This document shows positions 11,123 through 20,025 of a stretch of 64,000 bases of DNA, in pieces. The notes under the pieces are model-generated. The model was not told the origin of the DNA. It ran no database searches and saw only the letters and a list, made by a program, of their open reading frames with translations. Both the position numbers and the translations under genes were made by a program. Positions within the stretch are counted from its first letter, which is position 1. Each line of letters opens with the position of its first letter. The stretch is from Spirochaetia bacterium (GTDB lineage Bacteria; Spirochaetota; Spirochaetia; SZUA-6; Bin103): NCBI GenBank assembly GCA_965203905.1, contig CBDBDQ010000005.1:4160001-4224000 (forward strand), given 5' to 3'.

Positions 11123-11148
11123 CGTAGCACGGAGGCGCGGGCATTGGC

Positions 11149-12162
11149 ATGCTGCGCTACGCGATCCGCCGCCTGCTGTTCGCCATCCCCACCCTGCTGG
11201 CGATCAGCTTCGTCGTGTTCGCGCTGCTGGATCTGGCACCGGGTGATCCCACCGCGCAGCTTCCGCTGACCATCCCGCCGGAGACGCGGGAGCTGATCCG
11301 GCAGAGTCTCGGACTGGGGGAGTCGTTCCACGTGCGCTACGTGCGCTGGCTGGAGCAGTTCCTGGCCAACGAGCCGCTCAACCTGGTCGAGGTGCTGCTC
11401 GGCATCGAGATCGGCGATTCCGCAGGCCGCCTGCGGGTCAGTTCCTGGGCTACCCGCTCGCCGGTGGTGGACCTGATCGCCCAGCGGCTGCCGCAGACCA
11501 TGACCGTGGTGGGCGTCTCCTACCTGGTGGCGATCCTGATCGCGGTGCCGGTGGGCGTGTTCTCGGCCTACCGCCAGTACTCGCTGTTCGACCAGGTCGG
11601 CACCCTGGTCACCATGGTGGGGTTCTCGGTGCCCACCTTCTTCACCGGCACCGTGCTGATCGTGATTTTCAGCGGCCTGCTGGGCTGGCTGCCGTCGATC
11701 TACGACACCACCCACCGAGTAACCGACCTGGCCAGCTTCGGCTACCAGCTCAAGCAGATGGCGATGCCGGTGATGGTGCTGGCGCTGTTCAGCGCCGCCC
11801 AGATCAGCCGCTTCACCCGCTCCGCGGTGCTCGACACCCTGCACCAGGAGTACGTGCGCACGGCGCGCGCCAAGGGCCTGTCGGAGCCGCTGGTGATCCT
11901 GGTGCACGTGCTGCGCAACAGCATGATCCCGGTGGTCACGGTGATCGCGCTGGGCCTCCCCACCACCTTCGCGGGCGCCATCATCACCGAGCAGATCTTC
12001 CGCATCAACGGCGTCGGGGCATTGCTGATCGGGGCGATCGAGGGCGCCGACATCCCCACCGTGCAGACCGTGACCTTCATCTTCGCGGGCCTGATCGTGT
12101 TCTTCAACCTGGTCGCCGACCTGCTCTACGGGATGCTCGACCCGCGCATCCGCTATGACTAG
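11149..12162 (+). CDS. peptide ABC transporter permease (OppB-like)
   Basis: YAIRRLL, EYVRTARAKGL, LDPRIRYD. Confidence 0.94.
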   Translation: MLRYAIRRLLFAIPTLLAISFVVFALLDLAPGDPTAQLPLTIPPETRELIRQSLGLGESFHVRYVRWLEQFLANEPLNLVEVLLGIEIGDSAGRLRVSSWATRSPVVDLIAQRLPQTMTVVGVSYLVAILIAVPVGVFSAYRQYSLFDQVGTLVTMVGFSVPTFFTGTVLIVIFSGLLGWLPSIYDTTHRVTDLASFGYQLKQMAMPVMVLALFSAAQISRFTRSAVLDTLHQEYVRTARAKGLSEPLVILVHVLRNSMIPVVTVIALGLPTTFAGAIITEQIFRINGVGALLIGAIEGADIPTVQTVTFIFAGLIVFFNLVADLLYGMLDPRIRYD

Positions 12163-13150
12163 CGACCCTGCTGGCGCCCCCGCGGCGTCCGCCCGCGCCG
12201 CAGGGCACGGGGTGCCGCGCGCCCAGCCGGACCGCGCCCACAGGCACGCCGTGTGGCACCGGCTGCGCCACCATCCAGGCGCCATCGCCGGCGCCGCCGT
12301 GTTCGCGGTGGTCGCGCTGGCGGTGCTGTTCGGCTCGTTCGTGCACGGCGTCGATCCTCACTACCTCGACTACCGCGCCAAGAACCAGGGCATGTCGCTG
12401 GCGCACCCGCTCGGCACCGACAACCTGGGCCGCGACACCTTCGCCCGCCTGCTGGCCGGCGGCCGCCTGTCGCTGGCGGTGGGCGTGGCCGCGATGACCC
12501 TGTCGCTGACCGTGGGCACGGTGATCGGCGTGTTGTCCGGCTTCTTCCGCCGCCTCGACGGCCCGCTGATGCGCTTCACCGACCTGTTTCTGGCGCTGCC
12601 CGTGCTGCCGCTGCTGATGGTCAGCACCATGCTGTTCCGCGAACCGCTGCGCGCGGCCTTGGGGCTGGAGGCGGGCATCTTCGTTCTCGTGGTGGGCGTG
12701 ATCGGCATCACGAGCTGGATGCAGACCGCCCGCATCGTGCGCGGACAGGTGCTCGCCATCCGCGTACGGGAATACGTGGTGGCCGCCCGCAGCATCGGCG
12801 CCCGCCCCTGGCGCATCATCCTGCGGCACGTGTTCCCCAACACGCTGAGCCCCATCGTGGTCGCCGCCACCCTGGACATCGCCCAGGCGATCATCACCGA
12901 GAGCGCCCTCAGCTTCCTCGGCCTCGGCTTCCCCTCCGACTTCCCCACCTGGGGCCGCCTGCTCTACGACGGCGTGCCCTTCCTCACCCTCACCCCGGAC
13001 CGCGTCATCTGGCCCGGCCTCGCCATCTCCCTCACCGTGCTCAGCGTCAACTTCCTCGGCGACGGCCTCCGCGACGCCCTCGACCCCCACGCCATATCTA
13101 TGAATCGCCGTACACGACGGGACGCTACCACGCCTCCCTCCGCGTCATAG
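12155..13150 (+). CDS. peptide ABC transporter permease (OppC-like)
   Basis: HPLGTDNLGRD, RHVFPN, PTWG, GDGLRDALDP. Confidence 0.94.
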   Translation: MTSDPAGAPAASARAAGHGVPRAQPDRAHRHAVWHRLRHHPGAIAGAAVFAVVALAVLFGSFVHGVDPHYLDYRAKNQGMSLAHPLGTDNLGRDTFARLLAGGRLSLAVGVAAMTLSLTVGTVIGVLSGFFRRLDGPLMRFTDLFLALPVLPLLMVSTMLFREPLRAALGLEAGIFVLVVGVIGITSWMQTARIVRGQVLAIRVREYVVAARSIGARPWRIILRHVFPNTLSPIVVAATLDIAQAIITESALSFLGLGFPSDFPTWGRLLYDGVPFLTLTPDRVIWPGLAISLTVLSVNFLGDGLRDALDPHAISMNRRTRRDATTPPSAS

Positions 13151-13936
13151 AATCTGCCCACCAAGCGATACAGCCGTTGCATCCTCAGCACCCAATAGCT
13201 TGAATTCATCTGCCTCCATTGGTTCATAGCCCTGAGGCCAATGACCGCCCAACTCGATCAGGACCCTCTGCTTCGACGGTGCCGGGACGGGATTCATTCT
13301 CACCACACGGGCCCGGTAATCGCCCGGTGAATGAGCCATCGCAGTCACTAGATCGCTGACCAAATACCGTGGAGCCCAGCCGATCATGTGGTACTTCGTC
13401 GTTTGAATCTGAACCGCCAGCGTAGTCTGTGGGTTAGTAAGCTCGATAGTCACGAAGAGCTTGTCATCGGGCTCCAGACGATCGATCGCTGCCTGAGCAT
13501 CAGTGTTCGTATGACGCCATCCGTGCAGAAAAAACCGGCAACTGAATGACCCATCAGGCTGTTTCCTGATCTTGGGAAATACCTGAAAATTGTCGGTCGC
13601 TCGGTAACCACCGTCTACCGCTAGGATCTCTAGCGGATCGGGAGACTCGTCGACAATATCGAGAAATGAAAGGTATTCGTAGAAGCTCCTACGCTGATAG
13701 TTCATGACACGATTCTTGAACAGTGGGAATAACCAAGAGGACGTATAGCGGTGATTGAAGTTTGGGAAATCGTACAGCGGAGCGAATCCACTCCGTGCCG
13801 CGGCCTCCGCCGCTCCTTGTGTGTAACCGAATGAGTACTGAGGCGGGGAGTCATCCACATCTAGCCTCCCAACCGGGTACCAGCGATGCGCACGGGGGTC
13901 TCGCCAGCCCAAGAACAGCGTTTTTTGATTGTTCAT
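13145..13936 (-). CDS. HIRAN-domain protein with HipA-N/HipS-like N-terminal region
   Basis: W..VGRL..Y.F.Y, LFPLFKNR, DPLEILA..GG.RATD N-terminal half; FFLHGWRH...E.TNP....AVQI....IGWAPRYL HIRAN-like C-terminal half; ATGA overlap with upstream kinase. Confidence 0.8.
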   Translation of the reverse strand: MNNQKTLFLGWRDPRAHRWYPVGRLDVDDSPPQYSFGYTQGAAEAAARSGFAPLYDFPNFNHRYTSSWLFPLFKNRVMNYQRRSFYEYLSFLDIVDESPDPLEILAVDGGYRATDNFQVFPKIRKQPDGSFSCRFFLHGWRHTNTDAQAAIDRLEPDDKLFVTIELTNPQTTLAVQIQTTKYHMIGWAPRYLVSDLVTAMAHSPGDYRARVVRMNPVPAPSKQRVLIELGGHWPQGYEPMEADEFKLLGAEDATAVSLGGQIL

Positions 13937-14853
13937 ACCAATGAATGTAACTCGCCGAGATTGTACGTGACAAGACGCACGACGAATTCTCTCGCCAAGC
14001 CACTCATCCAGGAAACAGGAATCTTGGAGACGATCTCCTGAACATGTTCTACGGTCAGATTATCGACCTTTCTCAGTGCATTACGAAAGAACATCCCGTA
14101 GTCGGGCTGTTCCACACCCCATCGAATCAACCCTAGGGGAGACGGTCCACGACGGCTGTCCTCGCTTACGAAAATCGCGCCAGGAGCCCGCTCGGAATAC
14201 CGATCGATTCCTAGTTCGTTCAGAATACGGTGTCGGCTCTTACCTCTTCCGGTATCCAGCAACTCGCGACCCAGTGAGGACGCGTGGTCGAATGTAGGTG
14301 CCAGACGACCCTTCAGATTGCCGTCAACAACCTTACCTAGGATGCCCCAATTTTCGTGATGGCGGTCTACATTGCCAATCACGGCATCAAGAAGGAGGTA
14401 CTCTGCAAGTCGCGATCGACATCGATCAGCGAATTCATCCGACGGGAAAACGCTCATACTGTGAAAGATCCGCTGAACCGTGTGCATACTGTGTCCGAAG
14501 CGTTGCGCAGGGTTGTAGGCTTCGTCAAGGCCGGCCAGAATCTGGTTGCCATGATACAACTCGTAGCCCGAAGCGAAACTCCTTGCCACCGATCCTCGCC
14601 TCCGCCCGCCACCCTGCTCGCAATACTGTGCAAGCTCTACCTTGGGTGCCGTTATACGCATCCTACGTGCGATCTCGTAGGCGACCTTCTCCGCCCAATG
14701 CTGACCAGTGTTCTCGGTGGGAAACTTGAACAACCAGTCACATTCTTGGGGGTCATCCGGATCTCGAAACCAAAATTTATCCTTGGTGCCCATTTGCTCG
14801 GACTGCGTCTCCCAGTGAGGATGGACATCCATGACAGGATAGTCTGAGCACAT
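13933..14853 (-). CDS. HipA-like Ser/Thr kinase (HipA C-terminal domain only)
   Basis: GTKDKFW, WLFK, HWAEKVAYE, DAVIGNVDRHHENWG catalytic loop, LAPTFDHASSLG. Confidence 0.85.
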   Translation of the reverse strand: MCSDYPVMDVHPHWETQSEQMGTKDKFWFRDPDDPQECDWLFKFPTENTGQHWAEKVAYEIARRMRITAPKVELAQYCEQGGGRRRGSVARSFASGYELYHGNQILAGLDEAYNPAQRFGHSMHTVQRIFHSMSVFPSDEFADRCRSRLAEYLLLDAVIGNVDRHHENWGILGKVVDGNLKGRLAPTFDHASSLGRELLDTGRGKSRHRILNELGIDRYSERAPGAIFVSEDSRRGPSPLGLIRWGVEQPDYGMFFRNALRKVDNLTVEHVQEIVSKIPVSWMSGLAREFVVRLVTYNLGELHSLV

Positions 14854-14859
14854 TCTTCG

Positions 14860-15072
14860 CTACATCCACTGCCTGATTGACCCGATTGGATCGGGGGCAT
14901 CTATCGGCCAGCACTCTGCCTCGTAGGCCTCTACCAGCGTTACCAGGACGTCCAGGGTGTCACTCTCAGGTGTGTTCGGTACGGCGCCCATCAGATTGTC
15001 GATGACTGTCAATTCCGCTTCGTAGTCGGCCTCGGTCTTGATTGGCTTGATTACTTCCGATGACACCCCCAA
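14860..15072 (-). pseudogene. truncated HigA-type antitoxin (N-terminal half, HTH missing)
   Basis: IKPIKTEADYEA...TPESDTLDVLVTLVEAYE...PIDAPDPI is the HigA N-terminal signature; stops where the HTH would begin. Confidence 0.75.
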
Positions 15073-15162
15073 CCTCCCATCATTCTACTATAGTCGACTG
15101 GTGCGCTCGACACGAGGCGACATCGGCTTGACGGACTGCCGGGCATGACACACTTTGTGCGC

Positions 15163-15405
15163 ATGAAGCGGATCGCGGTCCGGACACAGCATTTGACGAC
15201 CAGCGAATGGGTCCGCCGCGCGGCGCTCGGCGAGGGGGTGGTGATCACCGACTGCGGGCGCCCGGTGGCGTCTCTGCCGCCCGTTCGCCCAGGTGACCTG
15301 AGCACACCGTTCCGGCAGCGCTGCACGTTGCCCGAGTTCGATGCCCTGCCGCCGGTGTGCGGCTGCTCCGGCGTGCATGTATCGCAAGACCGCGACCGCG
15401 GGTGA
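15163..15405 (+). CDS. Phd/YefM-family antitoxin, possibly decaying
   Basis: MKRIAVR..H..TSEWVRRA..GEGVVITD.GRPVA.L pattern; upstream TTGACG-17-CACTTT-6-ATG. Confidence 0.7.
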   Translation: MKRIAVRTQHLTTSEWVRRAALGEGVVITDCGRPVASLPPVRPGDLSTPFRQRCTLPEFDALPPVCGCSGVHVSQDRDRG

Positions 15406-15471
15406 CAGCGTCTGCTGGATGTGGCTGCGGCGTTGGGCATTCAGGGGCGCAACGTGATTCGGATGGAGTAG
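15406..15471 (+). pseudogene. 3'-terminal remnant of a PIN/VapC-like toxin gene
   Basis: After the antitoxin GTGA junction the sequence reads QRLLDVAAALGIQGRNVIRME*, resembling the last helix of PIN domains. Confidence 0.45.
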
Positions 15472-15476
15472 CAAGG

Positions 15477-16904
15477 ATGTATCAACAGATCTTTGCGCCG
15501 GAGACGTTTCGCATGCGGCGGCGGCGGGTGGCGGATCGGATCGGGGCTGGGGCCGTAGCGGTCGTTCAGGGGGCGCGCGGTTCGGGGTCGCATGACCAGT
15601 TTCGGCAGAGCAACGAGTTGTTCTACCTGTGCGGGGTAGAGGTGCCGCATGCCTACCTGGTGATCGACGGCGGCGATGGCACGGCCGCGCTGTTCCTGCC
15701 GCACCAGGACCGGCACAGCGTCGAGGCGGAGGGCGAGCACCTGTCTGCCGACAACGCGGATCGGGCGCGAGAGCTTACCGGCGTGGACCGGGTGGCGGCG
15801 CTCGCGGCGCTGCCGGCGGCGCTACGTGGGGTGGCGGCGATCTGGACGCCGCTGTCGCCGGCGGAGGGGGCGCGTTCCAGTTGGGACACGCTGCGGCGCG
15901 CGCAGGAGGAGGCGGAGGGCGACCCGTTCGACGGCGGCCCGGCGCGGGAGGCGGCGTTTGCCGGCCTGCTGCGGCAGCGGTATCCCGCGGCACGCATCGA
16001 AGACCTGTCGCCGGTGCTGGACGAGATGCGGCTGGTCAAGGACGCGCAGGAGGTGGCGGTGCTGCGCGAGGCGGGGGCGGTCTGCGCCGATGCGTTGACT
16101 GCCTGCATGCGCGCCACGGCGCCCGGGGTGATCGAATACCAGCTCGCCGGCGTGCTGGAGTACCACTACCGGGTCAGCGGATCGCGCGGCGCCTCCTACC
16201 ATCCGATCATCGCCGGCGGCAGCAACGCCTGGTACGGGCACTACAACGCCAACGACGCGCCGCTCGCCGCCGGCGACCTGGTGCTGCTGGACTGCGCTCC
16301 CGATCACCACTACTACACGTCGGACATCACCCGCATGTGGCCGGTGAACGGCACCTACAGCGACACTCATCGCGCCTTGTACGGGTTCATGGTCGCCTAC
16401 CACAAGGCGCTGCTGGCCGGCATCCGGCCCGGACGCACCGACGACGAGATCCACCGCGAGGCGGCGCAGGCAATGGCCGCCTACCTGGACCGGACGCCGT
16501 TCGCCGACCCCGTGCACGAGCGGGCCGCCCGCAGTGCCCTGGAGTTCCCGCACCACCTGTCTCACCCGGTAGGCATGGCGGTGCACGACGTCAGCCACTA
16601 CCGCGGCAAGCCGCTGCGGCCCGGCATCGTGTTTTCGGTGGATCCGCAGATGCGCATCCCCGAGGAGCGGCTCTACCTGCGGGTGGAGGACACGGTGGTG
16701 GTCACCGAGGACGGCTGCGAGAACCTCACCGCGGGAGCGCCGCTGGAGATGGACGACGTCGAAGCGACGATGCGCGAACCCGGGATGATCCAGCGGAGGG
16801 ACGAACGGGTACTGGGTAGCATGCGCGACCGTACGAAACTCGTCGGCGACATCGTCTCACCGGCATCGGACCCATCGGACTGGGAGGTGCTGCGTCAGAC
16901 TTGA
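15477..16904 (+). CDS. Xaa-Pro aminopeptidase (peptidase M24B)
   Basis: FRQSNELFYLCG, MRLVKD..E, HY, LLD, YTSDITR.WP, H.VG..VHD, RVED.VVVT. Confidence 0.92.
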   Translation: MYQQIFAPETFRMRRRRVADRIGAGAVAVVQGARGSGSHDQFRQSNELFYLCGVEVPHAYLVIDGGDGTAALFLPHQDRHSVEAEGEHLSADNADRARELTGVDRVAALAALPAALRGVAAIWTPLSPAEGARSSWDTLRRAQEEAEGDPFDGGPAREAAFAGLLRQRYPAARIEDLSPVLDEMRLVKDAQEVAVLREAGAVCADALTACMRATAPGVIEYQLAGVLEYHYRVSGSRGASYHPIIAGGSNAWYGHYNANDAPLAAGDLVLLDCAPDHHYYTSDITRMWPVNGTYSDTHRALYGFMVAYHKALLAGIRPGRTDDEIHREAAQAMAAYLDRTPFADPVHERAARSALEFPHHLSHPVGMAVHDVSHYRGKPLRPGIVFSVDPQMRIPEERLYLRVEDTVVVTEDGCENLTAGAPLEMDDVEATMREPGMIQRRDERVLGSMRDRTKLVGDIVSPASDPSDWEVLRQT

Positions 16905-16948
16905 ATCTGTTCAGGCGCAAACTGCTCACGAGCCTGGTTCAGAACACG

Positions 16949-18826
16949 CTATGATTTGTCGGGCCAGCGGTAGTAGGCGGTGGAGCCTTCGATGGCCTCC
17001 ACGGCGCGTTCCATCGGGAAGCGGTACTGGACATCGTGCAGGCTGCCGCTCAGCACCTTGATGGCGCGCCGCAGCGGCTCCAGGGCCGGGCGCAGGTGGG
17101 GGGCCGCGGAGGGGGGTTGCGAGTCGAGCACGTTGGCGGCGCGGCCGCGGGTGACCGGCAGCGCGTGCTCCAGGGCGGCGATCAACGTCGGCAGCCCGGC
17201 GGGGTAGCGGCGCAGGCGGAACAGGCCGTCGGCGGCGGCGATGCGCACGCTCACCGCGGGGTCTTCGAGCGCGGCGGTGAACGCATCCACCACCTCCTGG
17301 TCGGCGCACTGCAGGATCACCAGCCCGGTGACCGCCCAGAAGCGGACCGCCGAATCGGGGTCGGCCAGCCGGCGCAGCAGCTCGGCACGCTGCCCCGGCC
17401 CGTGCCGGCTCAGGTCGGCGGTCTCAAGGATAGCCTCGTAGTTGTCGCACCGCTGCCCGACCAGCCACAGCGGGCCGCCAGCGGCGCGCTCGTGCAGCTC
17501 CGGCTCGTCGATCAGGCCCAGGTCGCGGTGCTCGATCATCCAGTCGTAGAGCTGGCGGCGCATCTCGTCCACCACCTCGGCGTGCTCGCCGGCCGGCACC
17601 AGGTCATCGACGAACCAGGGGTCCGTGGCACCGTCGTAGAGTTCCTCGAACGGCTTGCGCCGGGCTGCGATCTGGCGCTGCGGGCCGACCAGCTTGCCGG
17701 CGCGCGCCAGGCGGTCCCAGGCGTGGATGTAGCCGGACCAGTAGATCGAGGTCTCGTACGGGAAGTAGGGCAGGTGCGGGAAGAAGTTGCGCTGGTAGCG
17801 GAGGTGGCGGGCGCGCAGCGAACGGATCAGCTCGAAGCGGGTGTCGAGGCGGTCGCGGCCGGTCACCACGTGCGGGCGGTGCACGGCGCCGGCGCACAGG
17901 ACCGGGCGGCTGTGCATGTAGTCCGGCACCGGCAGCCCGGTCATCCTGAGCGTGGAGGCGGTCAGGTCGAGGGTGGTGATCGGCTCCTCCACCACCGCTC
18001 CCGGTTCGGCGGGAGCGAGGTGCTGCCAGCGCGGCGGGAAGCGCACGATCAGCGGCACGTGGTCGCCCTGCTCCCACCCCCAGTGCTTGGCGCGCAGCAT
18101 GCCGGTGCCGTGGTCGGCCCAGAACACCACGATGGTGTCGTCCCACACCCCGTCCTCCTGCAGCTCGGCGACGTGACGCCCGACGTGGTAGTCGATCTGG
18201 GTAATTGCGTCGTAGTAGTGCGACCACGCCGTGCGGAACTCGGGGATGTCGGGATGAAAGGGCGGCAGCGGCGCCTGCTCGGGATCGTGGAAGTCCTCCG
18301 GCTGCAGCAGCGTCACGCGCTCGGCGAGGATGGTCCCCTTCCGGTCCCAGGTCACGGACGAGTGGCACTCGGTGTAGTTGAACACCGAGAAGAACGGCTG
18401 GCCGGCACTCCGCTGTCGCCAGCGAGCACTGGCGCTCCATGCGTCCCATGCCTGCGCCATGATGGGGGCCGCAGCGTCGCTCCGCGGGTTTGAGGTGGCG
18501 GCCAGGTTGTAGTCGGTCTTGACGCAGTTGGAGGTGAAGTAGCCGGCGTCGCGCAGCCAGGCGGGCAGCAGGCGCAGGTGCTCCGGTGCGGCTACCCGGG
18601 AGCGGTGGTGGTGGGTGCCGAGTGCGAACGATACCACCCCGGTGATGATGGCCGCGCGGGAGACCGAGCACACCGGCGCCAGGGAATGGGCATTGGTGTA
18701 GCGGATGCCCTCGGCGGCCAGCGCGTCGAGGTTGGGGGTCCTGGCGTAGCGGTCGCCGTAGCAGCCGAGCAGCGGATTGATGTCTTCTACCGACACCCAG
18801 AGGATGTTCGGTTGCCGGCCATTCAC
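16949..18826 (-). CDS. Cys-type sulfatase with C-terminal HEAT-like repeats
   Basis: QPNILW, CSVSRAAIITG formylglycine motif, ADHG, EELYD...DP; C-terminal L.DPDSAVRFWA / LEDPAVSVRIAAA repeats. Confidence 0.92.
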   Translation of the reverse strand: MNGRQPNILWVSVEDINPLLGCYGDRYARTPNLDALAAEGIRYTNAHSLAPVCSVSRAAIITGVVSFALGTHHHRSRVAAPEHLRLLPAWLRDAGYFTSNCVKTDYNLAATSNPRSDAAAPIMAQAWDAWSASARWRQRSAGQPFFSVFNYTECHSSVTWDRKGTILAERVTLLQPEDFHDPEQAPLPPFHPDIPEFRTAWSHYYDAITQIDYHVGRHVAELQEDGVWDDTIVVFWADHGTGMLRAKHWGWEQGDHVPLIVRFPPRWQHLAPAEPGAVVEEPITTLDLTASTLRMTGLPVPDYMHSRPVLCAGAVHRPHVVTGRDRLDTRFELIRSLRARHLRYQRNFFPHLPYFPYETSIYWSGYIHAWDRLARAGKLVGPQRQIAARRKPFEELYDGATDPWFVDDLVPAGEHAEVVDEMRRQLYDWMIEHRDLGLIDEPELHERAAGGPLWLVGQRCDNYEAILETADLSRHGPGQRAELLRRLADPDSAVRFWAVTGLVILQCADQEVVDAFTAALEDPAVSVRIAAADGLFRLRRYPAGLPTLIAALEHALPVTRGRAANVLDSQPPSAAPHLRPALEPLRRAIKVLSGSLHDVQYRFPMERAVEAIEGSTAYYRWPDKS

Positions 18827-18830
18827 CGCG

Positions 18831-19853
18831 TTATCCCAGGGGAGCCGTACCCGGCCGGTCGCCGAGCGCGGCGAACAGCCGCCGCGAGCCGGTGAACGTG
18901 GAGCGCCCGTGCGCGGTCAGCATGTTGTCGAGGATGATCACGTCGCCGCGGCCCAGGGCGTAGGGCGTCTCCAGGTCGCAGACCATCCGGAACCACGCTC
19001 GGCACTCCTCGACGGTTATGGACGTGCCGTCTTCCATGATCATGCGGTGGAGGCTCTCCGGAGCGGCGGCCATCGTGTGCGCCAGGCGTTCGGCATCCGC
19101 CTGCCTGCCGTCCCGCTCCGCCGCCAGGCGCAGCGACTCCGGCTGAAAGGTCAGCGCCTGCGTGCACCACAGCTCGCCGTGGATCGGGTGTGAGCGGAAG
19201 AAGCGGGCCGGCTCCTGGGTGATCTCCAGGCACTCGTCGGCGGTCCACGCCAGCTCCCAGCCACGCTGTCGTGCGACCCGCTCGGCTTCCCGGCGATCGG
19301 CGGTGCCGAGCGACTCCTGCCAGCTCTTCCTGTCGGTGTAGGCCCCGTTGCTCTCGCTGGCCGGTGGCAACCGGCGCCGCAGGCGGGCGCGCTTGCCGCG
19401 GAACCTGCGCGTGAAGCTCTTGGGCAACCCCTTGGTAAAGGTGCGCATGTCGCCGATCAGGTTGGTCTTCTGGCCGTGCTCCGCCGGTTCCTGGCAGTAG
19501 AACGCAACATAGTCCGGTACATCGTCCAGGTACGCCATTTCCTGGTGCAGCAGGATGCACCGGTTGGGCGGCAGGTCGGTCGCCGAGTACACTCCGGCGG
19601 CGTACTCGGTGCGCGGGGTGGTGCCGCCGACGTACGAGTGCGGATGAAAATCAATCGCCTGGAGGAACGCGGCGAACTGGTGCGGGCCGCTCAGGCCGGT
19701 GTCCCGAATGAGCAACGCCCCCTCCGTGTCCACCAGCCGAAAGATCTCCGCGGCCAGCCCAGGGAGCGCCGTCCGGCCGCCATTCTCGGCCAGGCGCAGG
19801 CGCGCGCTGGGCACCGAGAAACCGTCTCCAAGCTGCTCCCGTTCGTATCGCAT
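18831..19853 (-). CDS. TauD/TfdA-family Fe(II)/2-oxoglutarate dioxygenase (SyrP-like)
   Basis: Y.GGT.PR, I.LHQEM, P....FYC, GDVIILDNMLTAHGR..F.G.R; GGAGG RBS before ATG 19853. Confidence 0.88.
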   Translation of the reverse strand: MRYEREQLGDGFSVPSARLRLAENGGRTALPGLAAEIFRLVDTEGALLIRDTGLSGPHQFAAFLQAIDFHPHSYVGGTTPRTEYAAGVYSATDLPPNRCILLHQEMAYLDDVPDYVAFYCQEPAEHGQKTNLIGDMRTFTKGLPKSFTRRFRGKRARLRRRLPPASESNGAYTDRKSWQESLGTADRREAERVARQRGWELAWTADECLEITQEPARFFRSHPIHGELWCTQALTFQPESLRLAAERDGRQADAERLAHTMAAAPESLHRMIMEDGTSITVEECRAWFRMVCDLETPYALGRGDVIILDNMLTAHGRSTFTGSRRLFAALGDRPGTAPLG

Positions 19854-20025
19854 ACCGCCCTCCAGGACCCGCGTCATGATATACCTCAAGCCGCCGGATG
19901 CTCCAGGCGCCGCTGGACTGGGCCTCCCGCGGTGCCATTCCAGGCCACCGCCGGTACCGACCTCGTTGACGTACCCCCGAGCGTGGCCAATACTGGCTCA
20001 TTCGCAGACTCCCAAGGAGGATCAG

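Noticed and set aside
15095-15130. GALDTRR as a decayed duplicate of the permease 3' end (RDALDP) bounding the kinase-HIRAN patch
   Set aside because: Similarity is too short to distinguish from chance.
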